Positions 11,530-22,368 of a stretch of 64,000 bases of DNA are shown here, one piece after another. Both the position numbers and the translations under genes were made by a program. The stretch lies in the IMG/VR virus record IMGVR_UViG_3300027860_000004, positions 66,282-130,281 of that record; one strand, written 5' to 3'. The notes under the pieces were generated by a model. It was not told where the DNA came from. It did no database searches and worked only from the letters and a program-made list of their open reading frames with translations. The DNA comes from a virus. Its lineage: Duplodnaviria > Caudoviricetes. The first letter of the stretch is position 1. Every line of letters starts with the position of its first letter.

Positions 11530-12054
11530 ATGAAACGTAATTTATTTTTAAAATCAACAGCCGCTACAGCAGGACTAGTAGCAATATCTCCTATAACTGC
11601 TTTAGCAAATAATAATAAACCCTCAAAATTATTTGAAGGTATGTATAGAACAGAATATCAAGACCCTAATTCTTCTTATAAAGAATATTTAAAATATGAT
11701 GTTTATTTTAATGATGAAAAATTAGACCTTTTATCTATCGTAAATGATAAAAGTAATATATATTTTTTAATTTCTGATGGAGAAAATGGGCACAAATTTT
11801 TGGAAACCGCAATAGATAATCATGTTAATGTTTCTTTAGATATGGATTTTATTAAAAATAAAAAACTTAAAAATATTAAATGTTATTTATCAAAATTTAT
11901 AGACCATACTAACAAGACATATCATCCTTATTGGTTTTCAAATCAATATCCTTCTATGAAACTTCCTCTTAAAGGAATAAGCAATGATGGTGTTATCTTT
12001 GCAGAATATGTTGATATTTTTACCCCAATACCTAAAGGATATATACCAGATTAA
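11530..12054 (+). CDS. Hypothetical protein with Tat-like signal peptide
   Basis: MKRNLFLKSTAATAGLVA..ALA resembles a twin-arginine signal (KR variant); paralog of the next gene. Confidence 0.55.
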   Translation: MKRNLFLKSTAATAGLVAISPITALANNNKPSKLFEGMYRTEYQDPNSSYKEYLKYDVYFNDEKLDLLSIVNDKSNIYFLISDGENGHKFLETAIDNHVNVSLDMDFIKNKKLKNIKCYLSKFIDHTNKTYHPYWFSNQYPSMKLPLKGISNDGVIFAEYVDIFTPIPKGYIPD

Positions 12055-12074
12055 TAATAATTTCTTAAAAGATT

Positions 12075-12599
12075 ATGAAAAATTTTAAATATTTAAATCA
12101 ATTTTGTAAATTGACTGTCTCATCTTTATTTAAACAAAACAAAAAATATTCTGAATTATTTAAAGATTTGTTTGAAATAATACCTTGGGAAACCAAACAT
12201 GTTTTTGGTAATAGTGAAAGACTAGCCTGGCATTTTTATTTTAATGATGAAGTTGTAAACGTTCTACCATTTACAAAATCAAATAGCTTTTGTTTTACAA
12301 TGACAGATGGAGAAGGTGGCCATAAATTTTTAAAAACAGCAATTACAAATAATATAGTTGTAAAAACTGATATCACCTGGAAAATGAAAACAACACCTTA
12401 TAAATTTACTACTGAAACTTATACAATGGGACAACTATTTGACCATAAAAATAAAACATATCAACCACATTGGATTTCAGAAAAAATTTTATCTATTGGT
12501 ACAATTGTTTATCCAGGTTATGAATTTGCTAAAATGACAAACTCTATTCCAGAAAATTATAAACCAGTTGATTGGAAGACAAATACCTTCGTTATCTAA
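12075..12599 (+). CDS. Paralog of 11530..12054
   Basis: Shared YFNDE, DGE.GHKFL.TAI.N, DH.NKTY.P.W motifs. Confidence 0.65.
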   Translation: MKNFKYLNQFCKLTVSSLFKQNKKYSELFKDLFEIIPWETKHVFGNSERLAWHFYFNDEVVNVLPFTKSNSFCFTMTDGEGGHKFLKTAITNNIVVKTDITWKMKTTPYKFTTETYTMGQLFDHKNKTYQPHWISEKILSIGTIVYPGYEFAKMTNSIPENYKPVDWKTNTFVI

Positions 12600-13156
12600 T
12601 TTTTACTATCAGATGAATAAAAATAAAAATTATTCTTCAACCAACTATCCATTTCAATAGCCTTATCAGATGCACCATCATAATCAATCTTCCGAAATAA
12701 ATCACGTAAAGATAAGCCATAACGATATAACCAAGGGTCATGAGGATATTTAATAGCCCAATCCATAAATGAATCCTCTACCCAAATAGCCTTATTAAAA
12801 AGATAATGTCCATCATTAGGATAACCATAATCAGCACGAATATTTAAATCCTTTAACTCATTCCTAATCCCTAATATGGACTTCTTCATATGACCAAAAT
12901 ATGCATCCGCAGCAGCCATATCAGATAAATGAGAATTGTTAGTAGTAGTTGTTTCTTGGGCTAAAACCTTATTGCTTGTCAAAAATTCTAAACAGAAAAA
13001 TATAGCAATAAGTGTAGTAATAAAAATAACAACGACTTTTTTTGTTCTTTTCAAAATTTCCCTTCCCTTTCTACGGGCAATATAATAAATACCATAAACA
13101 TTGACTATTGTCAATAGAAGAATAATAATAAGAAGAAGAAGAAGAAGAAATATCAA
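12596..13156 (-). CDS. Membrane-anchored or secreted hypothetical protein
   Basis: Hydrophobic N-terminal stretch, then AAADAYFGHMKKSILGIRN...DW..KYP.DPWL; start uncertain. Confidence 0.6.
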   Translation of the reverse strand: MIFLLLLLLIIILLLTIVNVYGIYYIARRKGREILKRTKKVVVIFITTLIAIFFCLEFLTSNKVLAQETTTTNNSHLSDMAAADAYFGHMKKSILGIRNELKDLNIRADYGYPNDGHYLFNKAIWVEDSFMDWAIKYPHDPWLYRYGLSLRDLFRKIDYDGASDKAIEMDSWLKNNFYFYSSDSKN

Positions 13157-13368
13157 TATGCCCTACATACATCAAACAAAACGTCATAATCATCATGAAA
13201 TAGGAAAAATCTATAAAGTAGAATTTAACCCGGATATTACAAAAGAAGAAGAAGAAGAAGAAGAAATATCAATATGCCCTACATACATCAAACAAAACGT
13301 CATAATCATCATGAAATAGGAAAAATCTATAAAGTAGAATTTAACCCGGATATTACAAAAGAAGAAGA
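13132..13368 (+). repeat. Exact 116-bp tandem duplication bounded by (GAA)n tracts
   Basis: atgccctacatacatc... starts at both 13158 and 13274. Confidence 0.95.
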
Positions 13369-14065
13369 GAAAAAACAAAAATTACTCATAGATGAATATT
13401 ATTACTATGACCAAGAACAAGGTAAAGTCTTAATAGATGAAGAGTCCTTCTATAAGAAGAAAAAGGTGGTAGAACAAGAACCATCATCATCACTATTATC
13501 CTTTGAAGAAAAATTCCATCAATTTAAAACCAAAAATAATACACATAACAAAAAATGACATTAAAAACAGAAGATTTAATAATAGACCAAACCTCTCTTG
13601 TCCATGTAGACCCACATAATAGAACCCCTAAATCTATTGTATTTGTAGTTAAAGAAATCTTTAAATCTCAAGATGATGAAAAAGTTTATGTCAATGGTAA
13701 TTTTGTAGGATGGGTACTCTTGTCTTCATGTTATGATATCTATGATTTATGTGAAGTAGAAATTACAAAAGGTATTAAAAAAGCCGTTTCTAAAAAAATT
13801 TCATAAGAGAAAAAAAGACCGGGGTATTTTTAGAAAATCCTATTCGGCGATGCCGGAATTGAAAAAGCCTATACCCGATTTTTGAAAAATTTGCATATAG
13901 AGAAAATAGGCTTGGCTCTTTACGGCATAGGGCATAGCATCAGGATTTACCCCCCCTCCTCTTTACAAAAATTTTACAGAGAAATGTCAAGTCTTTTTTG
14001 TAAAGAAATCTATGTATTATACACAATAAAAGAGGGAGGACCTTTCGGCCCTCCCCTTTGTGCTT

Positions 14066-14734
14066 TTACTTATCGAATCCTGGCACGACCCATTCAATGT
14101 GGGCCGTGCGCGCTTGCTTTGATTCGTTGGGGGTCACGACGGCGTAGAGGGTGCCCGAATGGTCCGGCTGGTCGGAGACATAGATGCGACCCCCGTAGCG
14201 GGCACGAAGGGCGTTCGGCCCGTCGCTACGTGCGCCGCGCGTCACGGCATTGGGTTGATAGCGAATGAAGAGGGTTTCCTCCGAAGCCTGGGCCAAGCGC
14301 GCAGCCTGTTTGGCAGCATATTCGATGGCCTCGGTAAGGGCCTCCCCGTTGACGTCATCCTCCGTGACCAGGACCGGCATTTGGAGGAACCGTTGCTTTT
14401 GGGCCGGTTCACCGCAGGGGAGGATACCCTGGGCTTGAACCTCGGGGGATTCTTTAACTTCCGCTTCTTCCTTCTCGGTCATCGGACGGCGCAGGGCCGC
14501 GACGGCGATATATCCCGCCACGGGGTCCCGGTCATACGCCTCGCGCATAAGTTTAACCATCCCGACCGAGGAAACGACCTCCTCAAAGGACCGGCGTAAC
14601 TTCGCGCCACGGCCGGTCCGGTTCAGGGTGGCCTCATATGCTGCCCGCAGGGCGATGGTCATGTTCGTGACGCGAACGCCAAGCGCGACCTGTGCAGGGG
14701 TGGGGGCGGTGGTGACTTTTTGCATCGTTTCCAT
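14066..14734 (-). CDS. Hypothetical protein, GC-rich, leaderless
   Basis: TTGACA-17-TATAAT-TAGAAC-ATG upstream; terminator hairpin about 14030-14058. Confidence 0.75.
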   Translation of the reverse strand: METMQKVTTAPTPAQVALGVRVTNMTIALRAAYEATLNRTGRGAKLRRSFEEVVSSVGMVKLMREAYDRDPVAGYIAVAALRRPMTEKEEAEVKESPEVQAQGILPCGEPAQKQRFLQMPVLVTEDDVNGEALTEAIEYAAKQAARLAQASEETLFIRYQPNAVTRGARSDGPNALRARYGGRIYVSDQPDHSGTLYAVVTPNESKQARTAHIEWVVPGFDK

Positions 14735-14954
14735 GTTCTAATTATATCGAATTAGAAGGGTTATGTCAAACCGCTTGCGCGATATTGACGTAAGCGAAAG
14801 CAATCATTTTGCCTCGCGAATTGTTGAGGGTCACTTGGAGGCACCCTTCGCCCCAGGGGGTAAAGGTGCAATAGTAGCCGCGCTTGATGGTGAAGTTCTT
14901 AAACGGTTCCATGTCCTGATTATACAGAACAGAAGGGGTTATGTCAAATACATT

Positions 14955-15020
14955 AAAAAGGGAATACCTCGCATTCTCACTTCCTTCGCCCTACGGCGGG
15001 AAGGGGACCAACCTTCCCGC
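14955..15020 (-). ncRNA. Putative small RNA, about 60 nt
   Basis: Own promoter (-35 at 15046-51), 9-bp stem GCGGGAAGG/CCTTCCCGC, ends in a U run, no ATG at +1. Confidence 0.4.
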
Positions 15021-15047
15021 TTATTATAGAGTTAAAGGGTCGTTTTG

Positions 15048-15656
15048 TCAAATGGCCCCGCAGGGGTAATGGGTTGTCCTGGTCATCGGCGCGCACCCAT
15101 AGGCGACCAGAACACCAGAGAAGGCCCGTTCTGAATCCGTTAGGCCATCCAAACCGATTTGGTGGGGTTTGCGGCGTCCTTTGTGTTGGCCCTCTTTGTA
15201 GGCCCGTTTTTGGGCCTTCTTGTCGATACGTTGGGCCGCAAGGTCCGCTTCCAATTCTGCAAGGTGGGCCGCTTCCTCCTGGTCCTCTTCGACGGGAGCG
15301 GTTTGGGGAGCGGGTTTGACGGCGGACGCAATTTGACGAGAATACTTCGCCAATTTTCGGGCAACGAAGCGCGCTTGCTTCGGGGTTAAGGTTTGATACT
15401 TTTCGGAACCTTCCGCAATATCGGAGAGAATTTGCGCGTCGGTGCCATTGAACCCGGTTCCGTTATTATAGGCTGTCGCTTGGGCCATTTGTTCATCGGC
15501 CGTTTGGTTCGCATAAACGACTCGGAGCGCGCGGTACGTTACCTTCCGTTGAAACGGGTTGATAAGGGTCGGTTCCGTTTGTGCAACTTCTTGCAGGAAG
15601 GATTTAATACCTTCTTGTGTTTTGAGGTCATGCACGGTCGTCGTCGTGTTATTCAT
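15048..15656 (-). CDS. Conserved phage hypothetical protein
   Basis: RAL..VY.NQTADEQ....T...NG.GF.G.DA.ILS motif; leaderless promoter. Confidence 0.7.
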   Translation of the reverse strand: MNNTTTTVHDLKTQEGIKSFLQEVAQTEPTLINPFQRKVTYRALRVVYANQTADEQMAQATAYNNGTGFNGTDAQILSDIAEGSEKYQTLTPKQARFVARKLAKYSRQIASAVKPAPQTAPVEEDQEEAAHLAELEADLAAQRIDKKAQKRAYKEGQHKGRRKPHQIGLDGLTDSERAFSGVLVAYGCAPMTRTTHYPCGAI

Positions 15657-15693
15657 AACCTAATTATACATATTAGGTGGAGTTATTGCAAAT

Positions 15694-16008
15694 GAGGTTC
15701 CCCCAAAGTGACCAACCTCGGGAGAACCTCTTTGCGCCTAATCAATACACTTGAAGAGAGGTTTTGCTTTTCTTTCGTTTTTTCTTTCGTTAGTGTCTAA
15801 CCTTGTCGGATTCGGCGCGCAGTTCGCCTATCTCATACATTCAAGGTTTAAGACTCTAGGTGATTCGCTTTCTCCTTTCTTTTGGAGGAGACTCGACAAG
15901 GGCCAAGGTTACTCAGGGGAGGTGAACGTATCCCGCTAGTTCCTTGTCTCTTTCAAACCCTTGTCGATATACGTCGTAGGTGTATTCCTACGTTCCGCTT
16001 TCTCCTAC
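15694..16008 (-). ncRNA. Putative structured ncRNA, about 310 nt
   Basis: Promoter TTGACA-17-TAAACT; helices AGGAGA/TCTCCT, CGTAGG/CCTACG, TCGACAAGGG/CCCTTGTCGA; terminal GAGGTTC/GAACCTC hairpin; no minus-strand ORF. Confidence 0.6.
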
Positions 16009-17813
16009 CCTTTAAGTTTAATGCTTTTCGGGAGTTATGTCAAATGTCGAAGCGTAATACTTCTTTCCGACCGTATACGTTTCATAGGCGAGGCCATCGA
16101 AGTAATCGGCCAAGGAACAGAATCCTAGCCCGAAGTCTACAAGTAGCCAAAGGTCCGACTCCATGAAGTAAAGGCCCATACATTCGCAAATATCGCGCAC
16201 GTACACTTCTCCGGTGAAGAGGAGACGGAGCGCATTGTTGATGAGAAGGAAGGTGATAACTTTGAAGAGGTCGCAGTAAAGTTTCATCTTCGTTAGCATA
16301 CACCTTTCAATTTATTATGTCAAATGCCTTTTAGTCGGCAACCTTTACGCGAGCGTTGCGACGATGGTTCTTGTATTTGCCTTTCCCGCGCTTCTTATTG
16401 TAGGGGGAGTGCCAATCTTCGTGATACATCGTTCCGCGCTTGGTTTTGCGCGAGACTTCCAATTCGTAACGGAGGTTTGCTTCTCGAACATCCATGCGTT
16501 AAGTATAAACCTTCTTTTTAGTTAATGCAAACCAAGAGGAGGGGGTTCTATTTATTATAGTGCAAGAAAAGAGAAAGGACCCCTACCCTCGGGGGTCCGC
16601 TATTTCTCCCTTTTGGATGAGGTAGTCCGTCATTAGGTCCCCCGTAGACTTGAAGGGCGGAACATATGTCCGGTATGCTTCTCGACCCTCTTCCATCCAA
16701 GCGTCATAGCCATCTTGGTCGAGGATTGCATCGCATCGCATACAGGAGAGGAAACGGCCCTCATCGGTGGCATCATCACGCTTAATCGGTTTCTTCGGGT
16801 TGCCATACTCGAACTTTTCCATCGCGCAATCGACGCAGAGGCGTCTCTCGGATTGGTCGCTGTTGACTCGGTAGCCAACGATATCGTTTTCCATGTCCTA
16901 ACTATACACCTAACTTTTGGTTATTGCAAGTTACCAATCGAATTTAGTGCAAACGGGGCCGCATTTTTCGCGACATTCTCCAGAAGCATAGTGGTGGCGA
17001 ATATGTTCCGACCGTTTCGCTTCTCGTTGGGCCTCGCGTTGACGACGAACCTTCTCTGCTTGCGGGTCATAGGTCCGACCGAATCGGTTCACCGGGAGGG
17101 CACCGTTGGCGAGTTCATCACACCGGAGGCATCCTTCAACCTTCTTACCGAAGTTCGGGCCGTGATTGTGTTGCGTTCCCATAACCCTATATTACATTTA
17201 ATTAGGAGTTATGTCAAGGGATTTAGAAGTGCGAGAAGCCTTCTCAATTCCTTGATTTGTTCTTCTTTTGCTTCGATAGCCTTTTCCAGGGCCTTCTCGA
17301 ACGCTAGGATGGCCTCTTCTCCATCGGTGTAGAAGTCTTTGCGCGCGACGGAGTAGACTGTTCCGCAGGCAATTCTCCGACCATTATCGCGAACCTGTGA
17401 AACAGTAACTTCCCGAAGGTAAGGAATACCTTCGTGGTTACTGTCGATAATGAAACCTTCGGTTCCTTTGCGAATATCTTCCATCCTTTATATTTTAATT
17501 TAATCCCACAGTTATGTCAAGGAATAAGCCTATGATAAGTAGAAAGCAAAGAATGGAATAGAGGAGGGCTTGAAAAGCGCCCTCCTCTTTTTGGTTAATC
17601 ACCTTCGGTTCCCGTTGCTTGCAGAAACCGTTCCCGGTTGAAACGGGGGTTCGTTATCGCCAACGAATCGGCGAAGGCAAGGGCCGCAGAACGTCGAGCG
17701 GAACGGAGACTTGCCGAATGGGAAGGCATCCCTTTGATGGTGTCGGCAATCAGTTGAAAGTCTTTCTTCGTCATGTGCTTACTATAAACCTATAACGAAG
17801 TTTTGTCAAAGAC

Positions 17814-18212
17814 TTACTTTCTCCGCTTGTTGTGATTTCCCCATCCCACAGTTTTCCAAGAATGAGGGAAAATTTCTTCAATGAACATAGCGACCTTAAC
17901 AGGTATACCATACGAACGGTAGAGAGACTCCACTATGAGGGTTTGAAAGGTATCATGCCTTCCCCCTTCTCTTCCGTGATATACGTGGTCGATATAGTGC
18001 CCTAATTCGTGCAAGAGGGCCGCAGTATGTTCTGTCGTGGAACCATTTTTGCGGAAGTGTAGATAAATGATTTTGCTACGGGAAAAGTACCTTCCCGTAT
18101 CTTTGTGGGCATCACGAAGCGAAGCAACTATGACCCGAGGAGCGGGTATGCCATAATCTTTACAGACTATGTTTGCATATTCTTGTGCCCATGTGGTCAA
18201 AGAAATGTTCAC
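17814..18212 (-). CDS. Small zincin-like metallopeptidase-domain protein
   Basis: LLHELGH motif plus downstream H..F. Confidence 0.6.
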   Translation of the reverse strand: MNISLTTWAQEYANIVCKDYGIPAPRVIVASLRDAHKDTGRYFSRSKIIYLHFRKNGSTTEHTAALLHELGHYIDHVYHGREGGRHDTFQTLIVESLYRSYGIPVKVAMFIEEIFPHSWKTVGWGNHNKRRK

Positions 18213-18858
18213 TTGATAAGTATAACCTTTTTTAAGTAGTTATGTCAAAGGCTTGTTCTCTTTAATTTATTATAGAGTAAAAGAAAGAGAGGCTCCCAGG
18301 GCAAGAACCTCCTCTTCGCTTTACTTTTTCTTGCCTTTCTTGGGTTCCATGTTGCGTTGACCCTTGGAGGCACGGATTTGTGCCCGCGTCATCTTCTTAC
18401 GCTTGCGGGGTTGCTTGTCCACGGGGAGGGCCACAGGTGCCAGGATGGACAAACCCTGTTCCTCGGCGCGTTTATGCCCTTCCAGGACCCATTCGATATT
18501 GACCGGAACGGTGTTCGGATTTTGCGAGAAGTTCTTCGCAGCGAAGGGGGCGAAGGTGGTCGTCATTTGCTGTTCCATGAATTAAGTTTATACCTTCTCG
18601 GAAGTTTTTGCAAGCGAACCTTTGTTTTTATAGGCCGTTGTCCACTTGTGCCACTTGGTTCCAAAGTGTATCCCCATATGGTAGGAGACAACTCCACGAT
18701 TTTGTTTCAACGCATGAGCATAGCAGAAACGGTAAAGGCGTTGCTTCTGAAACTCTTTCACCTTCTTACTCTATCATAAACTGAAAGATAAAGCAAATAT
18801 AGTTTTAAGATATTATAGCATTAAAGGAAGAAAAGAACCCCCGGAGGGGGTCTAGTTG

Positions 18859-18885
18859 TTAGCCGAAAAGTTTGTCAAGTTTCAT
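18859..18885 (-). CDS. 8-aa minigene MKLDKLFG
   Basis: TTGCAA-17-TATAAT-CAGGTT-ATG, stop after 8 codons, then a terminator hairpin. Confidence 0.55.
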   Translation of the reverse strand: MKLDKLFG

Positions 18886-18924
18886 AACCTGATTATACCT
18901 TTTTGTTGATGTTATTGCAAATGA

Positions 18925-19007
18925 GAGGAGTTTTCAATTAACGGGAAGAAAACTCTTAACAACTCCCGGCCTTTTCTGTGTCCCATTCGACCACGGGGGC
19001 CAACCTT
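18925..19007 (-). ncRNA. Putative small pseudoknotted RNA
   Basis: Promoter TTGACA-17-TATACT; GGCC/GGCC-closed domain, then H-type pseudoknot CGGGAG/TTCCCG plus GAGTTTTC/GAAAACTC. Confidence 0.6.
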
Positions 19008-19944
19008 AATTTAAGTATAAAACTATTTGGTAGTTTTGTCAAACTTCCAGGTTGGCATGACTTCTTCGCGAGCCTGTTCTAGGCACAGGATGCACGTATA
19101 TTCGTCCGCAACGATGCGAACCGTATCCCGAGGGCGAAAGTCTGTTACCTTCGCACCACAACGAATTGATTCTGTTTTCTTGTCGAAAAGGTGGTTTAGC
19201 ATGAAAGTGCGAGAAGCCTTTCTTTCCAATCCGAGGAAAGTTTATCCCCTTCTGCTTTTTCTTGAAGAAGTTCGTACAGTTCGGGATAGGTAACATAATC
19301 CCGAGTATCACCTTCATCGGAGCAGAGAACCTCTACTGATTCACCTGCAACCGAATGAATCATGGGATTCGGTCCCATAAGAATTGAAACTTCCTTCCCA
19401 TTCTCGAAAGAGATTACCGCATGACGTACACCACGCGAGGTCAAGAAGTGTGGTTTGATTTCAACTCTCATGCACTAATTATATCTTAAATTGAAAGATA
19501 ATGCAAGAAGAAAAGAAGAAGCCTTGGGATGCTTGATTCCAAGGCTTTTCTAATATGTTATCCGTTATATTCGGAGAAACAACGCCCCTCGTCTAGTGCG
19601 ACTTGATAGCGTTCGATGGATTCGATACAACTTTCTAATTGTAGACGCGCCATCAGTAGGTCGCGATGAATCCCGCGATTATAGGATTTTTCGATGTTGA
19701 CTTTATCAATAGTATCACAGGAATCATATCGCGCATGATACTCTTGAAGTTTGTTCTTCATCGCTTCTAATGAAGTGATTACATCAGAAGTGTTAAAGTT
19801 AGAAACCTTCGATTTAGCCAAAATTTTCTCCTTAGAAGAGTAAGCCCTAGAAGGGCAAAATTAGTTTTTACAAACCAAAACATATCAAATTACCAAAGTT
19901 ATGTCAAATGTAGGTTGTTCTATATATAATAGTGTTGAAAATAA

Positions 19945-20168
19945 GAAGAAGGAGAGGTTAATTACTCCTCTCCTACTTTCCGCAAGGCGTCCCTTACTTG
20001 CCCGTTTTACATTCAGGTGGTGCCATACCTACACCATTCCGACAGGTGTTGTGGTTCTAAGTTTTTTAGTCCCTGGAAGTCAAACCCTAGACTTAAAAGC
20101 CTCCAGCGGGATTGTTTCCGTATCATCGCTTTTGTATCACGGTAAGGACGAACAATCAATTTCCTTAC
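19945..20168 (-). ncRNA. Putative structured ncRNA, about 220 nt, with 5' pseudoknot
   Basis: Promoter TTGACA-17-TATACT; GTAAGGA/TCCTTAC stem whose loop GATTGTT matches downstream AACAATC; terminator AGGAGAGG/CCTCTCCT. Confidence 0.65.
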
Positions 20169-20268
20169 AACCAAAGTATATCAAAGCATTGAAGTTATGT
20201 CAAATGGAGTTTTATTCTATGTATAATATACTTGAAAAGAGGAAGGGGAACCGGAGTTCCCCATTCTT

Positions 20269-20553
20269 CTACTTAATCCCGAGGCGGCGTTTGATTTCCG
20301 CTTTAACGAGGCGGGCTTGTTCGCCCTTGTAGGTGGTGGCGTTGGAGAGGAAATACATTCCAATGGACCGACCGGAGTCCGCACCATAGGCATCCTCGAA
20401 TGAGGCCATATCGGACATGGCCTCTAAGTAGGGAACCGCACCGAAGTAGATTTTGGGCTTCCAGGACTTGCGAACGATATACGCAAGTTCGTTGACCGTC
20501 TTGCTTTTGAGTTCTTCCGCCGAAACGACGTTGTTGTTGTTGCTGATTTCCAT
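20269..20553 (-). CDS. Conserved phage hypothetical protein
   Basis: YFGAVPYLEAM....D.YG.DS...I..YFLSNA.T..GE.AR.VK.E motif; leaderless promoter. Confidence 0.7.
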   Translation of the reverse strand: MEISNNNNVVSAEELKSKTVNELAYIVRKSWKPKIYFGAVPYLEAMSDMASFEDAYGADSGRSIGMYFLSNATTYKGEQARLVKAEIKRRLGIK

Positions 20554-22368
20554 AAACCTATTATACCTTTCGATAGAAGTTATTGCAAGAAAAAGAGCCT
20601 ATCAGATTTCCGATAGACTCTCCAGACTTAATCCTCTGTTTCGATTTCAAACATATCATTTCCTAGATAACGCACAGGCGTATCCGAAATGATATTGGCG
20701 ACAATTTCCAAACCTTTTCCAGACGCCTCTCTAAGGGTTTCGGTTAATTGATTCAAAAGGTCTTGAAAAGAAATAACTTCTTTTGCCATGTTTATATCAT
20801 TCTCTCTTTCTTGAAGAATCCCTTTAGACTTGTGAAAATTTAATAATCTTCCGCTCGCCGCGCATCGGTTTCGTCTTGGTTGACGCCACTTGCAATAGTT
20901 CGACCAGAATCTTCGTCGTTGAACGTATCGACTTCGGTTCCATCCGGTAATTCGATATATTCACGAACGAGGCATTCATCATCAACGTCAACATCGACTG
21001 TTTCGATATTACTCACGTTGAGGGTAGAAGGAAAGAAGTCGCAGGAGGAGCGCACTTCGGTGCCACCATCCCATACCGAAACGTATGTTGCTTTCATGTT
21101 TTTATTCTCCGAATCTATCGGGAACGATTTCCCACTTGCCGACTTTGTTTCCGTTGCTATCCAAGATATTCTCTTGGTCCCCGACGTATTGAGTGCTTTC
21201 ATCGGAGGAATAACCCCGGAAAGAATTGGCGATAGCCGTCTTGACTTCACCGAAGGTTTGCATCGCATCGTTGTCGAGATTGATTTCGAGCGTCATCTTC
21301 ATGCTTTAAGTTTAACAACTTTCGGCAGTTATTGCAAACCTAATGAACAATAGGAAAATGAATCGCCGGAACCCACGTTAATACCCACAGAACAAGCCAA
21401 CAGGGGTAAACGAATGGGCAGAAAATACCGAATATCGCGGCGACGTACCAAGGAGCCCAAACTCCAAAAACCCAGAAGAGAATAAACTCTGCCAGGAGAC
21501 AAGAAACGAGGTATATCACCGAAAGGAATAATAATTGTATACCATAGAAAAACTTAATAAATTCATCCATACTGTTATTCTACAACTTTGGGGAGGATTC
21601 TGCAAGGGTTCTGATTATTATAGTTTAATAAAAAGAAAGGCAGGCTTTTTCTCCTTAGCCTGTCTCTCTTTTTTTGAGGAGGGTTTCAGTATTGAATCCG
21701 AACAGCCCCGCCGATGGTCAACTCTTTCCCTTGAACCGGATTCATCGCTTCCCGAACGAGGGAGAGGAGTTCCGGGAAGGAAGCGACCTTGGCCCCGTAT
21801 TGGGTGTTAAGCATCCAAGTGCCGGGATGGCTTTTGGTCACGTTGTATAGTGCCAAAGCACTTTGTTTGTGAAGGGCGATGATTGCGTCATCTGATTGGA
21901 GGATGAAGTCGATATCCTCTTCTTTCGAGGGATAGATGACGAAGTTTCGCACCTTGCGGGCACCAGGGAGTTTGAAGTCAACGCTTGGAATGATGTTCTT
22001 CATGTCCTAAGTATAAACTAATAACGAAGATTTGTCAACTAATAGTCTTCTTCTTCGTCCTCGTTATCCTCCTCTAGGTTTACGTCGTCCATAACATCTT
22101 CGGTCGAATAGCCCAAGACGTAAGCCTCTGGAAGAATTTCTTTCCCATTCCAAACTTCTACCTTATCAGAAATAAGGTGATTGAAGTAAAGGTGTTTAAC
22201 ATCTACTACTACTTCATCGGGAACGCTAACATTGACCCAGGTGACAAAGGTTAAAGTTTTCATGTGCTTATCATACACCTTTCAGAAAGTTATTGCAAAT
22301 AGGGTTATTCAATTTATTATACACCAAAAGAGAGAAGAGAGAGCCGGAGCCCTCTACTTCAATCTTCC

